Below, one piece after another: positions 16,569 through 26,677 of a stretch of DNA of 32,000 nucleotides. The DNA is from Crocinitomicaceae bacterium (GTDB lineage: Bacteria > Bacteroidota > Bacteroidia > Flavobacteriales_D > Crocinitomicaceae). The notes under the pieces are model-generated. The model saw nothing but the letters and a program-made list of their open reading frames with translations. It had not been told where the DNA came from and ran no database searches. Where the stretch lies: NCBI GenBank assembly GCA_044232905.1, contig JBIIKZ010000009.1:1-32000 (forward strand). The letters are read 5' to 3'. Position numbers and translations under genes: made by a program. How positions within the stretch are numbered: position 1 is the stretch's first letter; every line of letters starts with the position of its first letter.

Positions 16569-17861
16569 ATGAAATACGATCAAATCTCTTCTCAACTTTT
16601 CATTAAGAATCGTTCTAAATTTAGTTCTAAAATACAAGGTAAATCTTTAGCAGTTTTCAATTCAAACGATATCTACCCAATTAGTGCAGATAGCACAATC
16701 CCTTTTCAACAACACCGTGACATTTTTTATCTTTCAGGAGTAGACCAAGAGGAGTCTATATTACTCCTTTTTCCAAGTGCGAATAATGAAAATCACCGAG
16801 AAATATTATTCTTAAAAGAAACAAATGAAACGATTGCTATTTGGGAAGGTGCAAAATTATCCAAAAAACAAGCATTTGAAGTTTCTGGGATAAAAACAGT
16901 TTACTGGCTTCAACAATTTGAGACTATTTTCAATCAATTGATGACAGAAGCAGAAGGGATCTATTTTAATACAAACGAACATTTACGCGCCGGAAAAGAT
17001 ACGGAAACACGTGAAGAACGTTTTGTGAAAAAATGTAAAAATGATTATCCAGCACATGCAGTGTATAAAAGCGCACCAATTCTGCATGCAATTCGTTCCG
17101 TAAAAGAGAATGAAGAACTCGTTTTAATGCAAAAAGCATGTGACATAACGAATAAGGGGATCAATCGTTTGTTAAAATTCATTAAACCAGGAGTTTGGGA
17201 GTATGAAATTGAGGCTGAATTAGCACATGAATTTTTAATGAACCGTTCTAAAGGTTTTGCTTATACGCCTATCATTGCATCTGGGAAAAACGCCTGTGTA
17301 CTTCATTATATTGAGAATAATCAACTATGTGTATCTGGCGATTTAGTATTACTAGACGTAGGTGCAGAATATGCAAATTACGCATCTGATTTAACACGTT
17401 GCCTTCCTGTGAATGGTAAATTCAGTGCGAGACAAAAAGCAATCTATAATTCCGTATTACATGTAAAAAACGAGGCTCAAAAGATGTTAGTACCAGGGAC
17501 AATTATCGCTGAATACCATCAAGAAGTTGGTCGTTTTATGGAAAGTGAATTGATTAAATTAAAATTAATCGATGCAACAGACATCAAAAATCAAGATCCA
17601 GCATGGCCTGCATATAAAAAATATTTTATGCATGGTACTTCTCACTTTTTAGGATTGGACACGCACGACGTTGGCTTATTTCATGAACCTATAAAAGCTG
17701 GAATGGTATTCACTTGTGAACCTGGTATTTACATTCCTGAAGAAGGAATTGGTATACGTTTAGAAGATGATTTAGTAGTTCAAGAAAATGGTAATCCTTT
17801 TAATTTAATGGCAAATATTCCAATTGAAGTGGAAGAGATTGAATCCATAATGAACTCCTAA
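16569..17861 (+). CDS. pepP: Xaa-Pro aminopeptidase (aminopeptidase P, peptidase family M24B)
   Basis: 430 aa with an N-terminal AMP_N-like region (HRDIFYLSGV..E) and the M24 metal-ligand pattern LVLLDVGAEY, ASDLTR, HGTSHFLGLDTHD, FTCEPGIY and IRLEDDLVV. Confidence 0.9.
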   Translation: MKYDQISSQLFIKNRSKFSSKIQGKSLAVFNSNDIYPISADSTIPFQQHRDIFYLSGVDQEESILLLFPSANNENHREILFLKETNETIAIWEGAKLSKKQAFEVSGIKTVYWLQQFETIFNQLMTEAEGIYFNTNEHLRAGKDTETREERFVKKCKNDYPAHAVYKSAPILHAIRSVKENEELVLMQKACDITNKGINRLLKFIKPGVWEYEIEAELAHEFLMNRSKGFAYTPIIASGKNACVLHYIENNQLCVSGDLVLLDVGAEYANYASDLTRCLPVNGKFSARQKAIYNSVLHVKNEAQKMLVPGTIIAEYHQEVGRFMESELIKLKLIDATDIKNQDPAWPAYKKYFMHGTSHFLGLDTHDVGLFHEPIKAGMVFTCEPGIYIPEEGIGIRLEDDLVVQENGNPFNLMANIPIEVEEIESIMNS

Positions 17862-18617
17862 ATGCCTGCATTAAATATTCGTATTCAAGGTTCAGGAATA
17901 CCCGTAGTGTTTCTCCATGGTTTTTTAGAATCCTCCACGATGTGGAAATACTTACAATTTCCACAAGATGTATTTCAATGTATCTATGTGGATATTCCTG
18001 GACACGGAAAATCTGCACCATTAAAGGATGAAAACGCAAGTATAAATTCCTTAGCTCAATCTATTTGTAATGAATTAGTTTCAAAAGGAATTACAACATT
18101 TGATTTAGTTGGTCATTCCATGGGTGGATATGTAGCGTTAGAAATAGCTAGAATCGTAAAATTTAGTCCAAAGGTAATTTTATTAAATTCTAACTTTTGG
18201 GAGGATGCGACTGAAAAAAAACTGAATAGAGATCGTGTAATTTCGATTATTTCTAGAAATAAAGATTTATTTATTCAAGAAGCGATTCCAGGATTATTTA
18301 TAAATCCGTCCGCACACAAATCATCCATTGAAACCTTGATTTCAGAAGCTAAAGATATATCCATCGATGGAATTACCTATGTAAGTTTAGCAATGCGAAA
18401 CAGGCCTGATTTAACGCACTTTGCGCAATCTATCGCAAACACATTAGTGTGTGTACAAGGGGAAAAAGATGCGATTGTTACTGAAGAAGAGATGGTATTA
18501 AAAAGCGCGGGCCTTATACCTTGTATTACAATTCCTAATGCTGGTCATATGTCGCACATTGAAGCGAGTAAAGTTGTAGAAAAAACTATAACAGACTTGT
18601 TACTAGACAAACTCTAG
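17862..18617 (+). CDS. Alpha/beta hydrolase fold protein
   Basis: 251 aa. VVFLHGF oxyanion region, GHSMGG nucleophile elbow, GEKDAIV (acid) and NAGHMSHIE (His). ATG immediately follows the pepP stop. Confidence 0.85.
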   Translation: MPALNIRIQGSGIPVVFLHGFLESSTMWKYLQFPQDVFQCIYVDIPGHGKSAPLKDENASINSLAQSICNELVSKGITTFDLVGHSMGGYVALEIARIVKFSPKVILLNSNFWEDATEKKLNRDRVISIISRNKDLFIQEAIPGLFINPSAHKSSIETLISEAKDISIDGITYVSLAMRNRPDLTHFAQSIANTLVCVQGEKDAIVTEEEMVLKSAGLIPCITIPNAGHMSHIEASKVVEKTITDLLLDKL

Positions 18618-19192
18618 TATTCGTCATCTGCGTCCACAATACGCTGAAAATCTTTAATCAATAAAGCAATTTCACTAATAAGTATCCCTTTTTGACTGTT
18701 TTTATCTGGATTTGATTCTGCGTAAGCTCCTAAAAGCACTTGCGCTTCCATTACCGAATTTTCAGAAAAGGGTCCATCTAAATTTTCAATAATTGTCAAA
18801 CATTCCAATGTTATTATAAAATCTCCTTTTAAAGCTAGATCTACAAAAACCTCCAAATAATCTGTATAATCTAATGGAGAATTCCAAATCGTTGAAAGTA
18901 ATAACTGTTGGTAATCCTTTAATTCCGTTTGTTGAATTAAATCCATCATTACACTTCTTGCTTTACGATCTTTTAAACAAGCTAAAAATTCAAGAATTAA
19001 AGCGTTTTTTTCTGTATGATTTTTTGTATTTAATTCCAATATAATTGGAAGTAATATACTTGGTTCACCTACGATTTTAAGTCCTTCGAAAGCTGTTTTT
19101 ACAATAGCAGTATTATTAGATTTTACATCCAATAATAAAGATTCAATTTTTGCTTTTTTAGTTCCAGTAGATTTTTTCGCTTTTTCTTCCAT
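18614..19192 (-). CDS. Hypothetical helical-repeat protein (possibly HEAT-like), unknown function
   Basis: 192 aa, predicted all-helical with a Lys-rich N-terminus. A TAAATTTG box (19210-19217 on the - strand) lies 17 nt upstream of the ATG. The 3' end overlaps the hydrolase 3' end by 4 nt. Confidence 0.6.
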   Translation of the reverse strand: MEEKAKKSTGTKKAKIESLLLDVKSNNTAIVKTAFEGLKIVGEPSILLPIILELNTKNHTEKNALILEFLACLKDRKARSVMMDLIQQTELKDYQQLLLSTIWNSPLDYTDYLEVFVDLALKGDFIITLECLTIIENLDGPFSENSVMEAQVLLGAYAESNPDKNSQKGILISEIALLIKDFQRIVDADDEY

Positions 19193-19303
19193 CCAATTTA
19201 TATTTTATACAAATTTAAGAAATTAGGATAGACTGCGTGTTATTATTTACAAATTGGGAGTAACCCTGAAAATAAAATAGGATTAAAACACTTTAGTTTG
19301 AAT

Positions 19304-20056
19304 CTATTTTTTTTTGTTAGTAAGCGTAAAAAGAATAGGCACTAAAAATATACCTATCGTTAATAAAGATACAAACATATCTGCCGTTTCACTTTTCATG
19401 AAGATAGAAACCGCTTGTGTTGGGAAAAAATGTTCATAGATTGAAAACGACAATTTAAGTCCTAAAATAGCAATAACAATGAATGCTGAAGTTTCCAAAA
19501 AAGGAAATTTCTCCATCAATTTCACAAACCATTGCGCTACAAAACGCATTGCTAGAATACCAATAAAAACACCAATACAGATTAAGATCGTATTTGGCGT
19601 ATAAGCAACAGCAGCAAAGACATTATCAATCGAAAAAGCCATATCCATTAATTCTACCAAGGCAATTGTAGCCCAAAAATTTCCGATATACCCAACTGTT
19701 TTTCGATACAACCAATTTGCATTTTTATCTACGAATTCTTCTGGATTATCCGATTTTTGTTTCTTTTTCCACCAATCGAAAACTAAATAAAGTAAGTATA
19801 ATCCACCTATTGGTTTTAACCACCATATTTTTATCAAAACGGATGCAAATAATAATGCTAATCCTCTAAAAACATAAGCACCAAGAATACCATATTTCAA
19901 TGCTTTTTGACGTTGATTTTCAGGCAAATCTAAAACCATCGTTGCTAAAACGGCAGCATTATCTATTGAAAGTAAACTTTCAATCAATATTAAATTACCA
20001 ATGATAATTAATGAAGAAGTAGGGTTGTCTATTATTTGTTGAACTAATTCGTGCAT
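19304..20056 (-). CDS. TerC family integral membrane protein
   Basis: 250 aa polytopic membrane protein with the duplicated TerC signature (LLSIDNAAVLA and AFSIDNVFAAVA). A TAATTTTG box (20073-20080 on the - strand) lies 16 nt upstream of the ATG. Confidence 0.85.
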   Translation of the reverse strand: MHELVQQIIDNPTSSLIIIGNLILIESLLSIDNAAVLATMVLDLPENQRQKALKYGILGAYVFRGLALLFASVLIKIWWLKPIGGLYLLYLVFDWWKKKQKSDNPEEFVDKNANWLYRKTVGYIGNFWATIALVELMDMAFSIDNVFAAVAYTPNTILICIGVFIGILAMRFVAQWFVKLMEKFPFLETSAFIVIAILGLKLSFSIYEHFFPTQAVSIFMKSETADMFVSLLTIGIFLVPILFTLTNKKK

Positions 20057-20149
20057 ATGGAAATTTTTAAGACAAAATTAAACTAAAAACACCAATCGAA
20101 GATGAGCATTTAAAATTGATAAAATCAAATTAATAAAGGATTGAAAAAA

Positions 20150-20170
20150 GTACAAAAGGCGGTTTTGTAC
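20150..20170 (-). terminator. Intrinsic terminator downstream of the OmpA-family gene
   Basis: On the - strand: GTACAAAA-CCGCC-TTTTGTAC (8-bp stem, 5-nt loop) followed by TTTTTTCAA, starting 11 nt after the stop codon. Confidence 0.65.
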
Positions 20171-20180
20171 ACTTAACCTA

Positions 20181-22322
20181 TTATTTTTTTTTCTTTTTCC
20201 CTTTTTTGGAATCTTTCTTCTCCAATTTTAAATTTTCTACAGGAGAAAGTAATTTTTGTTCTGCCAAATCTGGATCAAAGTCCATGCCTCTTACAAAACC
20301 TTCTGTTCGTCTATTTAAAGCATGTAATTTTTCGAATTTAACAAGGTCTTTGGTTTTAAATTGATTGATGTATTTTTCGGATAAAACCACTGCTTTTCCT
20401 CTTTCATCTATCCATTTTACGGGTTCTTTTTCCCCTTTACCTACCGGAATCAGGCGACGAATATCAATTCCTTTTTCCTCTACCAAGTAGAGTACACATT
20501 CCCTTGCTCTGTTTTTGGAAAGTTTTAAATTAAAATCATCATTACCACGACAATCTGTATGCGAACTTAACTCCAAAATCATTTTCGGATATTTCATCAA
20601 TACATCATATACAAAATTTAAAGAGTCTTTCGAACTGATTGTAGAATCTTGTAACAATTCCCATTTACCAAAAGCATATCTTACCTCTGGGATACGAATT
20701 TTTTCTTCTGGGATTAGTAATGGAACATCGATTATAAAGTTTTGATCATAGCGTAAACCACGTGTTGTGAATTGCGTTTCACTTTTATTTTTCTCAGCAC
20801 CAACACGATAGGTTAAAATCGTATAGTCTGTATTTTCTTTAATTACGCGTTCTCCATTCGCTTTAGTTTCAAAAAAGATTACACCCTTTTTGTCTGTAAC
20901 ACCTTCCACTTTAGAGCTATCCGAACCAATAATTAACACCTTTACATTTCCAATTTTCTTTTCTATTTGTCCTAATTTACTAACGATAATTTTGATATCG
21001 TATTTATTTGGAGGTAATTGGTACTTGTATAAATCTGTTTTGAAGGTTTTACCTAATCCTGACTTTCTTTCGGAAGTTAAATATCCCTCGGTTTCGTTAA
21101 TTTCTATTAAACTAAAGTCATTTGCTTCAGAATTTCTAGGATATCCAATATTTTCTGCTTTTTCCCATAAATTCTTTCCATTTGCCGAACTCTTAATCGC
21201 TTTGAAGATATCTAAAGCTCCTAATCCAGGTCTACCATCTGTAGCAAAATATAAATCTTCATAGGCATTAAACGTTGGGAACATTTCATTTCCAGCGGTA
21301 TTGATTTCAGGACCTAAATTTACAGGAGGAGCCCAAATATCTGCTTTTTTAGAATAGGTAGAATACCATAAATCTTTACCTCCAAAACCTCCAGGTAGTT
21401 CTGCAACAAAAATTAAAAAGTTTCCATCTGCAGAAACACAAGGTTGGCCAATTGAAACAGAATCTGCATTTTTTAATGGTAATTTAATTGGTTCAGCCCA
21501 ATCTTTCCCGCGTAATTCAGACATCCAAATTTCACATCCTAAATTTTTGTTTTTTTCGTATGGGCAACGTGTAAAAAACATTTTTTTAAATTTACTATCA
21601 AAACATACCGTTCCTTCGTTAAATTCTGTATTTATTTTTTCCCCAGGTAACAAGACAGGTTCTCCAAAATTCCCTTTTTTATCAATCTGCGTAAACCATA
21701 AGTCCATATGCGGTTCACCTGTTCTTGGGTCCGTTCCACCGGACATAGAACTTGGTCTATTTGAACTAAATACAATGGAAGATTTCTTTTTATCTGCAAA
21801 AACTGGAGACATGTCAAAGCCTTCTTTGTTTAAAACAGAAATATTGGTTACTAAGTGATTTGTTTTACGTGACATAAATTTAGCCACTTCCTTACAAGCA
21901 ACTAAACCTGCGTCAGCTCTGGAATCCAAGGGAGCTATATTTTTGTACGCATTATAATTTTCGATCGCTAAATTATAATCCCCCATGTAACGAATCATTT
22001 CTGCGTAGTAAAATAATACTTCTGGATGAATTGTTTGGTAATTCACTACTAAGGCTTTTTGATACCAATCCAACGCATTTTTATAATCTTCAAGCATACG
22101 ATAGCATTCCCCTGTTTTGAATGCCATATCCCCTTTTCTTTCAGAAGCTTTTCTGCTTTTTGGATTTACCTTTTCAAAAGCATACATAGTTAGCTTAACG
22201 GCCTCGATGTAATTTTCGTCTTGAAATGCTTTATTTGCTTTTTTGATTTCTTTTGGCTCTTGGCTAAACACTTGAAAAGCAAGTATTAGCATACAAAAGA
22301 AAAGTATATTACGAAATAACAT
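20181..22322 (-). CDS. OmpA-family peptidoglycan-associated protein with N-terminal TPR repeats and TolB-like beta-propeller region
   Basis: I prefer the ATG at 22322 (MLFRNILFFCMLILAFQVFSQ signal peptide) over the GTG at 22376. TPR-like AxxYxxA repeats. PD40-like repeats (SPVFADKK..., GQPCVSADGNFLIF, NEMFPTF...LYFATDG). C-terminal OmpA_C motif (SSHTDCRGNDDFNLKLSKNRARECVLYLV). Poly-Lys tail KKDSKKGKKKKK. Confidence 0.85.
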   Translation of the reverse strand: MLFRNILFFCMLILAFQVFSQEPKEIKKANKAFQDENYIEAVKLTMYAFEKVNPKSRKASERKGDMAFKTGECYRMLEDYKNALDWYQKALVVNYQTIHPEVLFYYAEMIRYMGDYNLAIENYNAYKNIAPLDSRADAGLVACKEVAKFMSRKTNHLVTNISVLNKEGFDMSPVFADKKKSSIVFSSNRPSSMSGGTDPRTGEPHMDLWFTQIDKKGNFGEPVLLPGEKINTEFNEGTVCFDSKFKKMFFTRCPYEKNKNLGCEIWMSELRGKDWAEPIKLPLKNADSVSIGQPCVSADGNFLIFVAELPGGFGGKDLWYSTYSKKADIWAPPVNLGPEINTAGNEMFPTFNAYEDLYFATDGRPGLGALDIFKAIKSSANGKNLWEKAENIGYPRNSEANDFSLIEINETEGYLTSERKSGLGKTFKTDLYKYQLPPNKYDIKIIVSKLGQIEKKIGNVKVLIIGSDSSKVEGVTDKKGVIFFETKANGERVIKENTDYTILTYRVGAEKNKSETQFTTRGLRYDQNFIIDVPLLIPEEKIRIPEVRYAFGKWELLQDSTISSKDSLNFVYDVLMKYPKMILELSSHTDCRGNDDFNLKLSKNRARECVLYLVEEKGIDIRRLIPVGKGEKEPVKWIDERGKAVVLSEKYINQFKTKDLVKFEKLHALNRRTEGFVRGMDFDPDLAEQKLLSPVENLKLEKKDSKKGKKKKK

Positions 22323-22406
22323 AATGTTTATCAATTTAATTCTAACAAATAGAATTTGAAAGTAAGTATAAATCACGAAACTACAAAATGATACATAGAA
22401 AATTAA

Positions 22407-23459
22407 CTACTCTCTCGAACCTTGGGTATAATTTTCCCATTTTTTCAGAATCTCTAGAAAACCTTGAGGTAAATCTGAATCAAAACTTAAATATGTATTC
22501 GTCATTGGATGAAGGAAACCAAGTGTTTTAGCATGTAAAGCTTGGCCAGGAATCAGCGAAAAACTGTTCTCCACAAATTGTTTGTATTTTGTATGGGTGG
22601 TTCCTCTTAAAATTGCATCTCCACCATATTCATTGTCATTAAATAGTGGATGTCCTATGGATTTCAAGTGAGCACGAATTTGATGTGTACGCCCAGTTTC
22701 TAGTTTACACTCAATTAAAGTAACTAATCCAAATCGCTGTAAAACAGTATAATGGGTTACAGCATGTTTTCCGTGCTCGCTTCCCTCTGGAAAAACAGCC
22801 ATAACTTTTCTATTTTTCAAGGATCTTCCTATGTTACCAATAATTGTACCTGTATCTTCTTTTACATCTCCCCAAACAAGCGCATTATATCTTCGTTCTG
22901 TAGTACGATCAAAAAACTGTTTAGCAAGATGTGTAAGGACAAATTCTGTTTTGGCAATGACCATTAATCCGGTAGTGTTTTTATCTAAACGATGCACTAA
23001 ACCTGGTCTTCCCGAATAATCAGAGGTTTTAACAGGTAAATTATCAAAATGGTACACTAAAGCGTTAACTAAAGTACCTGAATAATTGCCATACCCTGGA
23101 TGAACTACCATTTCAGATGGTTTATGTACCACTGCTAAATATTCATCCTCGTATGCTATTTTAATTGGAATGTTTTCCGGAATCAATTCAATTTCTCGAA
23201 TCGGATACGGAAAAACTACAGAAATTTCATCGCCAGGCTTAACCTTGTAGTTTGGTTTTATAGGTAATTTATTTGCTAAAACATTCCCATTTCTAGCAGC
23301 AACTTGAATTTTATTTCTAGATGTATTTGGTAAACGATCTAATAAAAATTTATCAATACGAATAATTTCTTGCCCATTATCGACTTTAAATTTATGGTGC
23401 TCAAATAACTCATCTTCCCCAGCGTTTTCTTCCCATTCGGCATCATTGAAATTGTCCAT
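22407..23459 (-). CDS. rluD: 23S rRNA pseudouridine synthase, RluA family / RluD subfamily
   Basis: 350 aa. S4-like N-domain (RIDKFLLDRLPNTSRNKIQ), HRLDKNTTGLMVIAKT (catalytic Asp motif), GRTHQIRAHL and HPLFNDNEYGG. Confidence 0.9.
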   Translation of the reverse strand: MDNFNDAEWEENAGEDELFEHHKFKVDNGQEIIRIDKFLLDRLPNTSRNKIQVAARNGNVLANKLPIKPNYKVKPGDEISVVFPYPIREIELIPENIPIKIAYEDEYLAVVHKPSEMVVHPGYGNYSGTLVNALVYHFDNLPVKTSDYSGRPGLVHRLDKNTTGLMVIAKTEFVLTHLAKQFFDRTTERRYNALVWGDVKEDTGTIIGNIGRSLKNRKVMAVFPEGSEHGKHAVTHYTVLQRFGLVTLIECKLETGRTHQIRAHLKSIGHPLFNDNEYGGDAILRGTTHTKYKQFVENSFSLIPGQALHAKTLGFLHPMTNTYLSFDSDLPQGFLEILKKWENYTQGSRE

Positions 23460-25735
23460 TATAGTTTGCTTATTTTATATGTTTGACCTGTTTTTTTATC
23501 TTGAAAAAGATATATTCCCGTTGGGAAATCTACCATTGAAACTTTGGATTGATTTTCTTCTATTTGCAGTAACATTTTACCTTGAATATCCCTTAAAAAA
23601 CCACCATCAAACCCAAGATAATTTGGTGTAATCGTAATAAATTCCTGTGTCGGATTAGGGTAGATACTGATGGTCTGTTGTACCATAATACTTGCTTCAT
23701 TTAACCCGATATGCTTATTCAGATTAGAGGAAAATATAGGCCGAATCATTAATGCACCTTTTGTCAATGATTTATTCCAGTCTGTCCCAGAATTTGAATA
23801 AAACATTTTAGAATTCGTTCGTGTGTTTACATCAAATCCGATGTTTAAAGGGTCTTGATCAAATTGCTTGATTCCTACGAAAAAAGTTCCCGACATTTGC
23901 AGACGTTTAAAATCTTTAAAATAATAATTTGTAAACTTATTTCTTTTATCCTGATAAATAGGTTGTTGCGGCGAAAACTCTTCATCTTTGTAAATGATGG
24001 TATTCGGTAGTCCATTTTTCTCATCCCACACATATAATGAAAAAAGTTTTTTTGATTTATCAGATACGGTAGGTACAAAATGAATGGATATGCCTAACAA
24101 AGAATCTGACATATAAGGTTCAAATTTATACGCAACAGTTGCCGAAGGAGTTTTCAATCCGTATGCTAACTCTGCACTACCATCATCATAAGCGTAATAA
24201 TCACGAAATATCTGATAGGAATAAGCAGTATCATTCTGAACATACGCCGTATAATATTTTTGTTCGAAGGGTGCGGGAATAACTGTTTTTATATAAAAAG
24301 TTGCAGAATCATCGGAATTCGAAGGAAAACTAAACGCCTGTTTAGAAAAATCAAAGTAATTATTATAGGTAGTTAAAGGCAAGTAATTGATATCTCCTCC
24401 CGATAATTGTTGCCCAGGTAAATTGATGGATTTTAGTTTACTTTTCTTATGGTAAATTTCAACTGTACCATCTAAATTTTGTTGTGGAATAGCAAAACCA
24501 TTATATACAGATATGGTAACAGAATCGTTAATTACATTTTTTGAAACACTTTTATAATGCTTCCAAGGTACAGCTGTGTATTCTTCTAAAAGAGAACCTG
24601 TAGGATATACTAAAGCAAAATCTTTAAATACATTCGTATCGGTTAATTTTGAATCTTTTTTCAACTCTACATAATCCAAATGAAAATGATCTAAACTTCC
24701 AGAGATATCCCCGAAATTAACAAAGCGGAATTTAAAATTTTTCTTAAAAAATGCTGGATTCGTAATTGCTAAATGTACTTTTTTAAACGTTTTTGATTCG
24801 GCTTCAAATTTTACTGGATCCGAATCTACTGTAGTAGCCCAAAAAGATACCCATAGATCCCAATCCGGTCGATAGACTTGTAAACACAATGAATCGTGCT
24901 GTTGTTTAGAGCCATCGTTTATATTTTCAGGCGCATCTCCGAATCCTTTTGGTTGGTATATAAAACTTATATAAACGGAATCCGCAGGTACCAATGAAGA
25001 TAAATCAATATTTTTGGATGTTAGATAGTCTCCATATCCTCTTGATTGTGTGTTGATTGCATAAGGATATCCTTTATCATTTAAACCATCAAAACTTGCT
25101 ATACCTAAAGACCAAGGTTGATACGCCAAGGTGTAATTATGAAACGCAAATGAATCCACCCAAATTGCATTACTATCTTTCAAGGATTTAAAAAAGACAC
25201 GCGCAGAATCTAATAGTACATCTTTCGTGTTTATTTTAAGGGAGTCATGAGAATTCTTACTCCCAATCGTATCATAATAGGTATATGCAGGATAAACAAT
25301 ACGATCTTGAAAAGTTGGTGGGTACGTCGTTAAATTATACACAACTATTGTGACCGGTTTATTTAAAATACTTGTGTCTTTTTTTGAAGAAGTATCATAA
25401 GTTGAAGTATAGGATTTATTAAACGTATATTGAGCAAACGTATATAAGGGCTTGTCGGTTAATTTATTTTTTAAAGAATAATACAGGGTATTTTGAATGT
25501 TACCAGTAAGGGAAGAATCATACTTTTGAAAACGATTGGTAGAAAAATCATCAAATATTGGAAGCTTAAGTGTGTCAACGCTGTAAATTATGATCGAATC
25601 AATTGATTTATTGCGTTTTATATTATTTTGTGAAGTACCTGCTAAATTAGTTTCTAATGGAGATAAAAATTCGTCTTGCGCAACAAGTTTTAAATTAGTT
25701 AGACAAAACAAAACAACAAAAAAGATAAAACGCAT
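23459..25735 (-). CDS. T9SS cargo protein with type A C-terminal sorting domain; body of unknown function
   Basis: 758 aa. Signal peptide MRFIFFVVLFCLTNLKLVAQ. C-terminus ISIYPNPTQEFITI...GIYLFQDKKTGQTYKISKL matches the Por/T9SS CTD pattern (YPNPt...G.Y......G....K..K.). LPIFDDFS near the N-terminus is reminiscent of choice-of-anchor/MAM-like domains (weak). Confidence 0.8.
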   Translation of the reverse strand: MRFIFFVVLFCLTNLKLVAQDEFLSPLETNLAGTSQNNIKRNKSIDSIIIYSVDTLKLPIFDDFSTNRFQKYDSSLTGNIQNTLYYSLKNKLTDKPLYTFAQYTFNKSYTSTYDTSSKKDTSILNKPVTIVVYNLTTYPPTFQDRIVYPAYTYYDTIGSKNSHDSLKINTKDVLLDSARVFFKSLKDSNAIWVDSFAFHNYTLAYQPWSLGIASFDGLNDKGYPYAINTQSRGYGDYLTSKNIDLSSLVPADSVYISFIYQPKGFGDAPENINDGSKQQHDSLCLQVYRPDWDLWVSFWATTVDSDPVKFEAESKTFKKVHLAITNPAFFKKNFKFRFVNFGDISGSLDHFHLDYVELKKDSKLTDTNVFKDFALVYPTGSLLEEYTAVPWKHYKSVSKNVINDSVTISVYNGFAIPQQNLDGTVEIYHKKSKLKSINLPGQQLSGGDINYLPLTTYNNYFDFSKQAFSFPSNSDDSATFYIKTVIPAPFEQKYYTAYVQNDTAYSYQIFRDYYAYDDGSAELAYGLKTPSATVAYKFEPYMSDSLLGISIHFVPTVSDKSKKLFSLYVWDEKNGLPNTIIYKDEEFSPQQPIYQDKRNKFTNYYFKDFKRLQMSGTFFVGIKQFDQDPLNIGFDVNTRTNSKMFYSNSGTDWNKSLTKGALMIRPIFSSNLNKHIGLNEASIMVQQTISIYPNPTQEFITITPNYLGFDGGFLRDIQGKMLLQIEENQSKVSMVDFPTGIYLFQDKKTGQTYKISKL

Positions 25736-25783
25736 ATCAAAAAATTAAATCAACTTTACATCAACGAAAAGAAGGAGAATTTA

Positions 25784-26611
25784 TTATTCTTCACTCGTTT
25801 CATCGGAACGTTTATCTTCAAAATCTTTTTCAAGAAAGATCACAATGTCCGAACCAGGAGGGCGCATATTACCTTTGAAAAACTCAGGTGTTTGTGAAGA
25901 GATACGTGCTCTCAATGTGTCTTTTTTTGTTTTACAACCTACACAATCTCCAATGATTAAAGATACAGATGGTAATTCATAGATTACAGAATCTGCTTGA
26001 GTATAGGTCATTCCATATAAATCTGGAACTTCAAAAGGATCTTCTTTCGAACCTTTACCGATAATTAAATGAATAATAGAACCGTACGGTATTTTTGCTC
26101 CTTCCTTGATTCTTCTTCCTTTATATTTTTGAGAAATTACTGCATCGATATCATTCGGACTAATTTTAAATGAAAATTGAAATTTCAATCCTCTATTTTT
26201 CAGAATACTTTCGGCATATCTTTTCGATTTATGCATTAAATCAGGAACAACAACATAATTGATTTTTTTGGAAAGACTGATTTCAACAATGCGCGAACTT
26301 TTTACAAAAACTTTGGTTCTAGAAGTTGGTTCCGGATTTTGCTTGGTAATAGTTCCCTCGCGTACATCAGGTCTGTAGATAGAATCTAAAACAATATAAT
26401 CTAATTCGGATTCTTCTAATAATTCTTCAATATTCTCAATATGTTTTCCTACGATATTTGGAACAGCTATTTTCTCACCATGATGCGTTCTAATATCTAA
26501 ATAAAGTAAAGTACCACCAATTAGCAATAAATAGCATAAAATCAACAAACCGACTTGCTTGACAAAATGTTTTGTTGTGATAAAGGCAAGTATACTCTTT
26601 AAGATTTTCAT
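25784..26611 (-). CDS. Membrane-anchored PASTA-domain protein (three PASTA repeats)
   Basis: ATG at 26611 (MKILKSILAFITTKHFVKQVGLLILCYLLLIGGTLLY, one TM helix) preferred over the track start at 26713. Three repeats begin VPNIVGK, VPDLMHK and VPDLYGM and end in ..G..v.l.. patterns. A TATATTTG box (26631-26638 on the - strand) lies 19 nt upstream. Confidence 0.8.
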   Translation of the reverse strand: MKILKSILAFITTKHFVKQVGLLILCYLLLIGGTLLYLDIRTHHGEKIAVPNIVGKHIENIEELLEESELDYIVLDSIYRPDVREGTITKQNPEPTSRTKVFVKSSRIVEISLSKKINYVVVPDLMHKSKRYAESILKNRGLKFQFSFKISPNDIDAVISQKYKGRRIKEGAKIPYGSIIHLIIGKGSKEDPFEVPDLYGMTYTQADSVIYELPSVSLIIGDCVGCKTKKDTLRARISSQTPEFFKGNMRPPGSDIVIFLEKDFEDKRSDETSEE

Positions 26612-26677
26612 GAGCGCTAAATTTAACAAGCAAATATAAATATAATTATGAATTATGGATTTAAACATAATAGTATC

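Noticed and set aside
16452-16637. 61-aa - strand ORF spanning the pepP promoter and start
   Set aside because: It overlaps the pepP 5' end and the divergent promoter region. It is low-complexity and has no support.
20057-20180. Possible yybP-ykoY (Mn) riboswitch upstream of the TerC-family gene
   Set aside because: The 124-nt upstream region is AT-rich. It is accounted for by the OmpA-gene terminator hairpin plus a promoter box, and none of the conserved G-rich riboswitch core is visible.
20515-21858. + strand ORFs 20515..20745, 20890..21264 and 21547..21858, and - strand ORF 21632..21817
   Set aside because: All lie inside or antisense to the 2.1-kb OmpA-family gene. None has a promoter box or recognisable motif.
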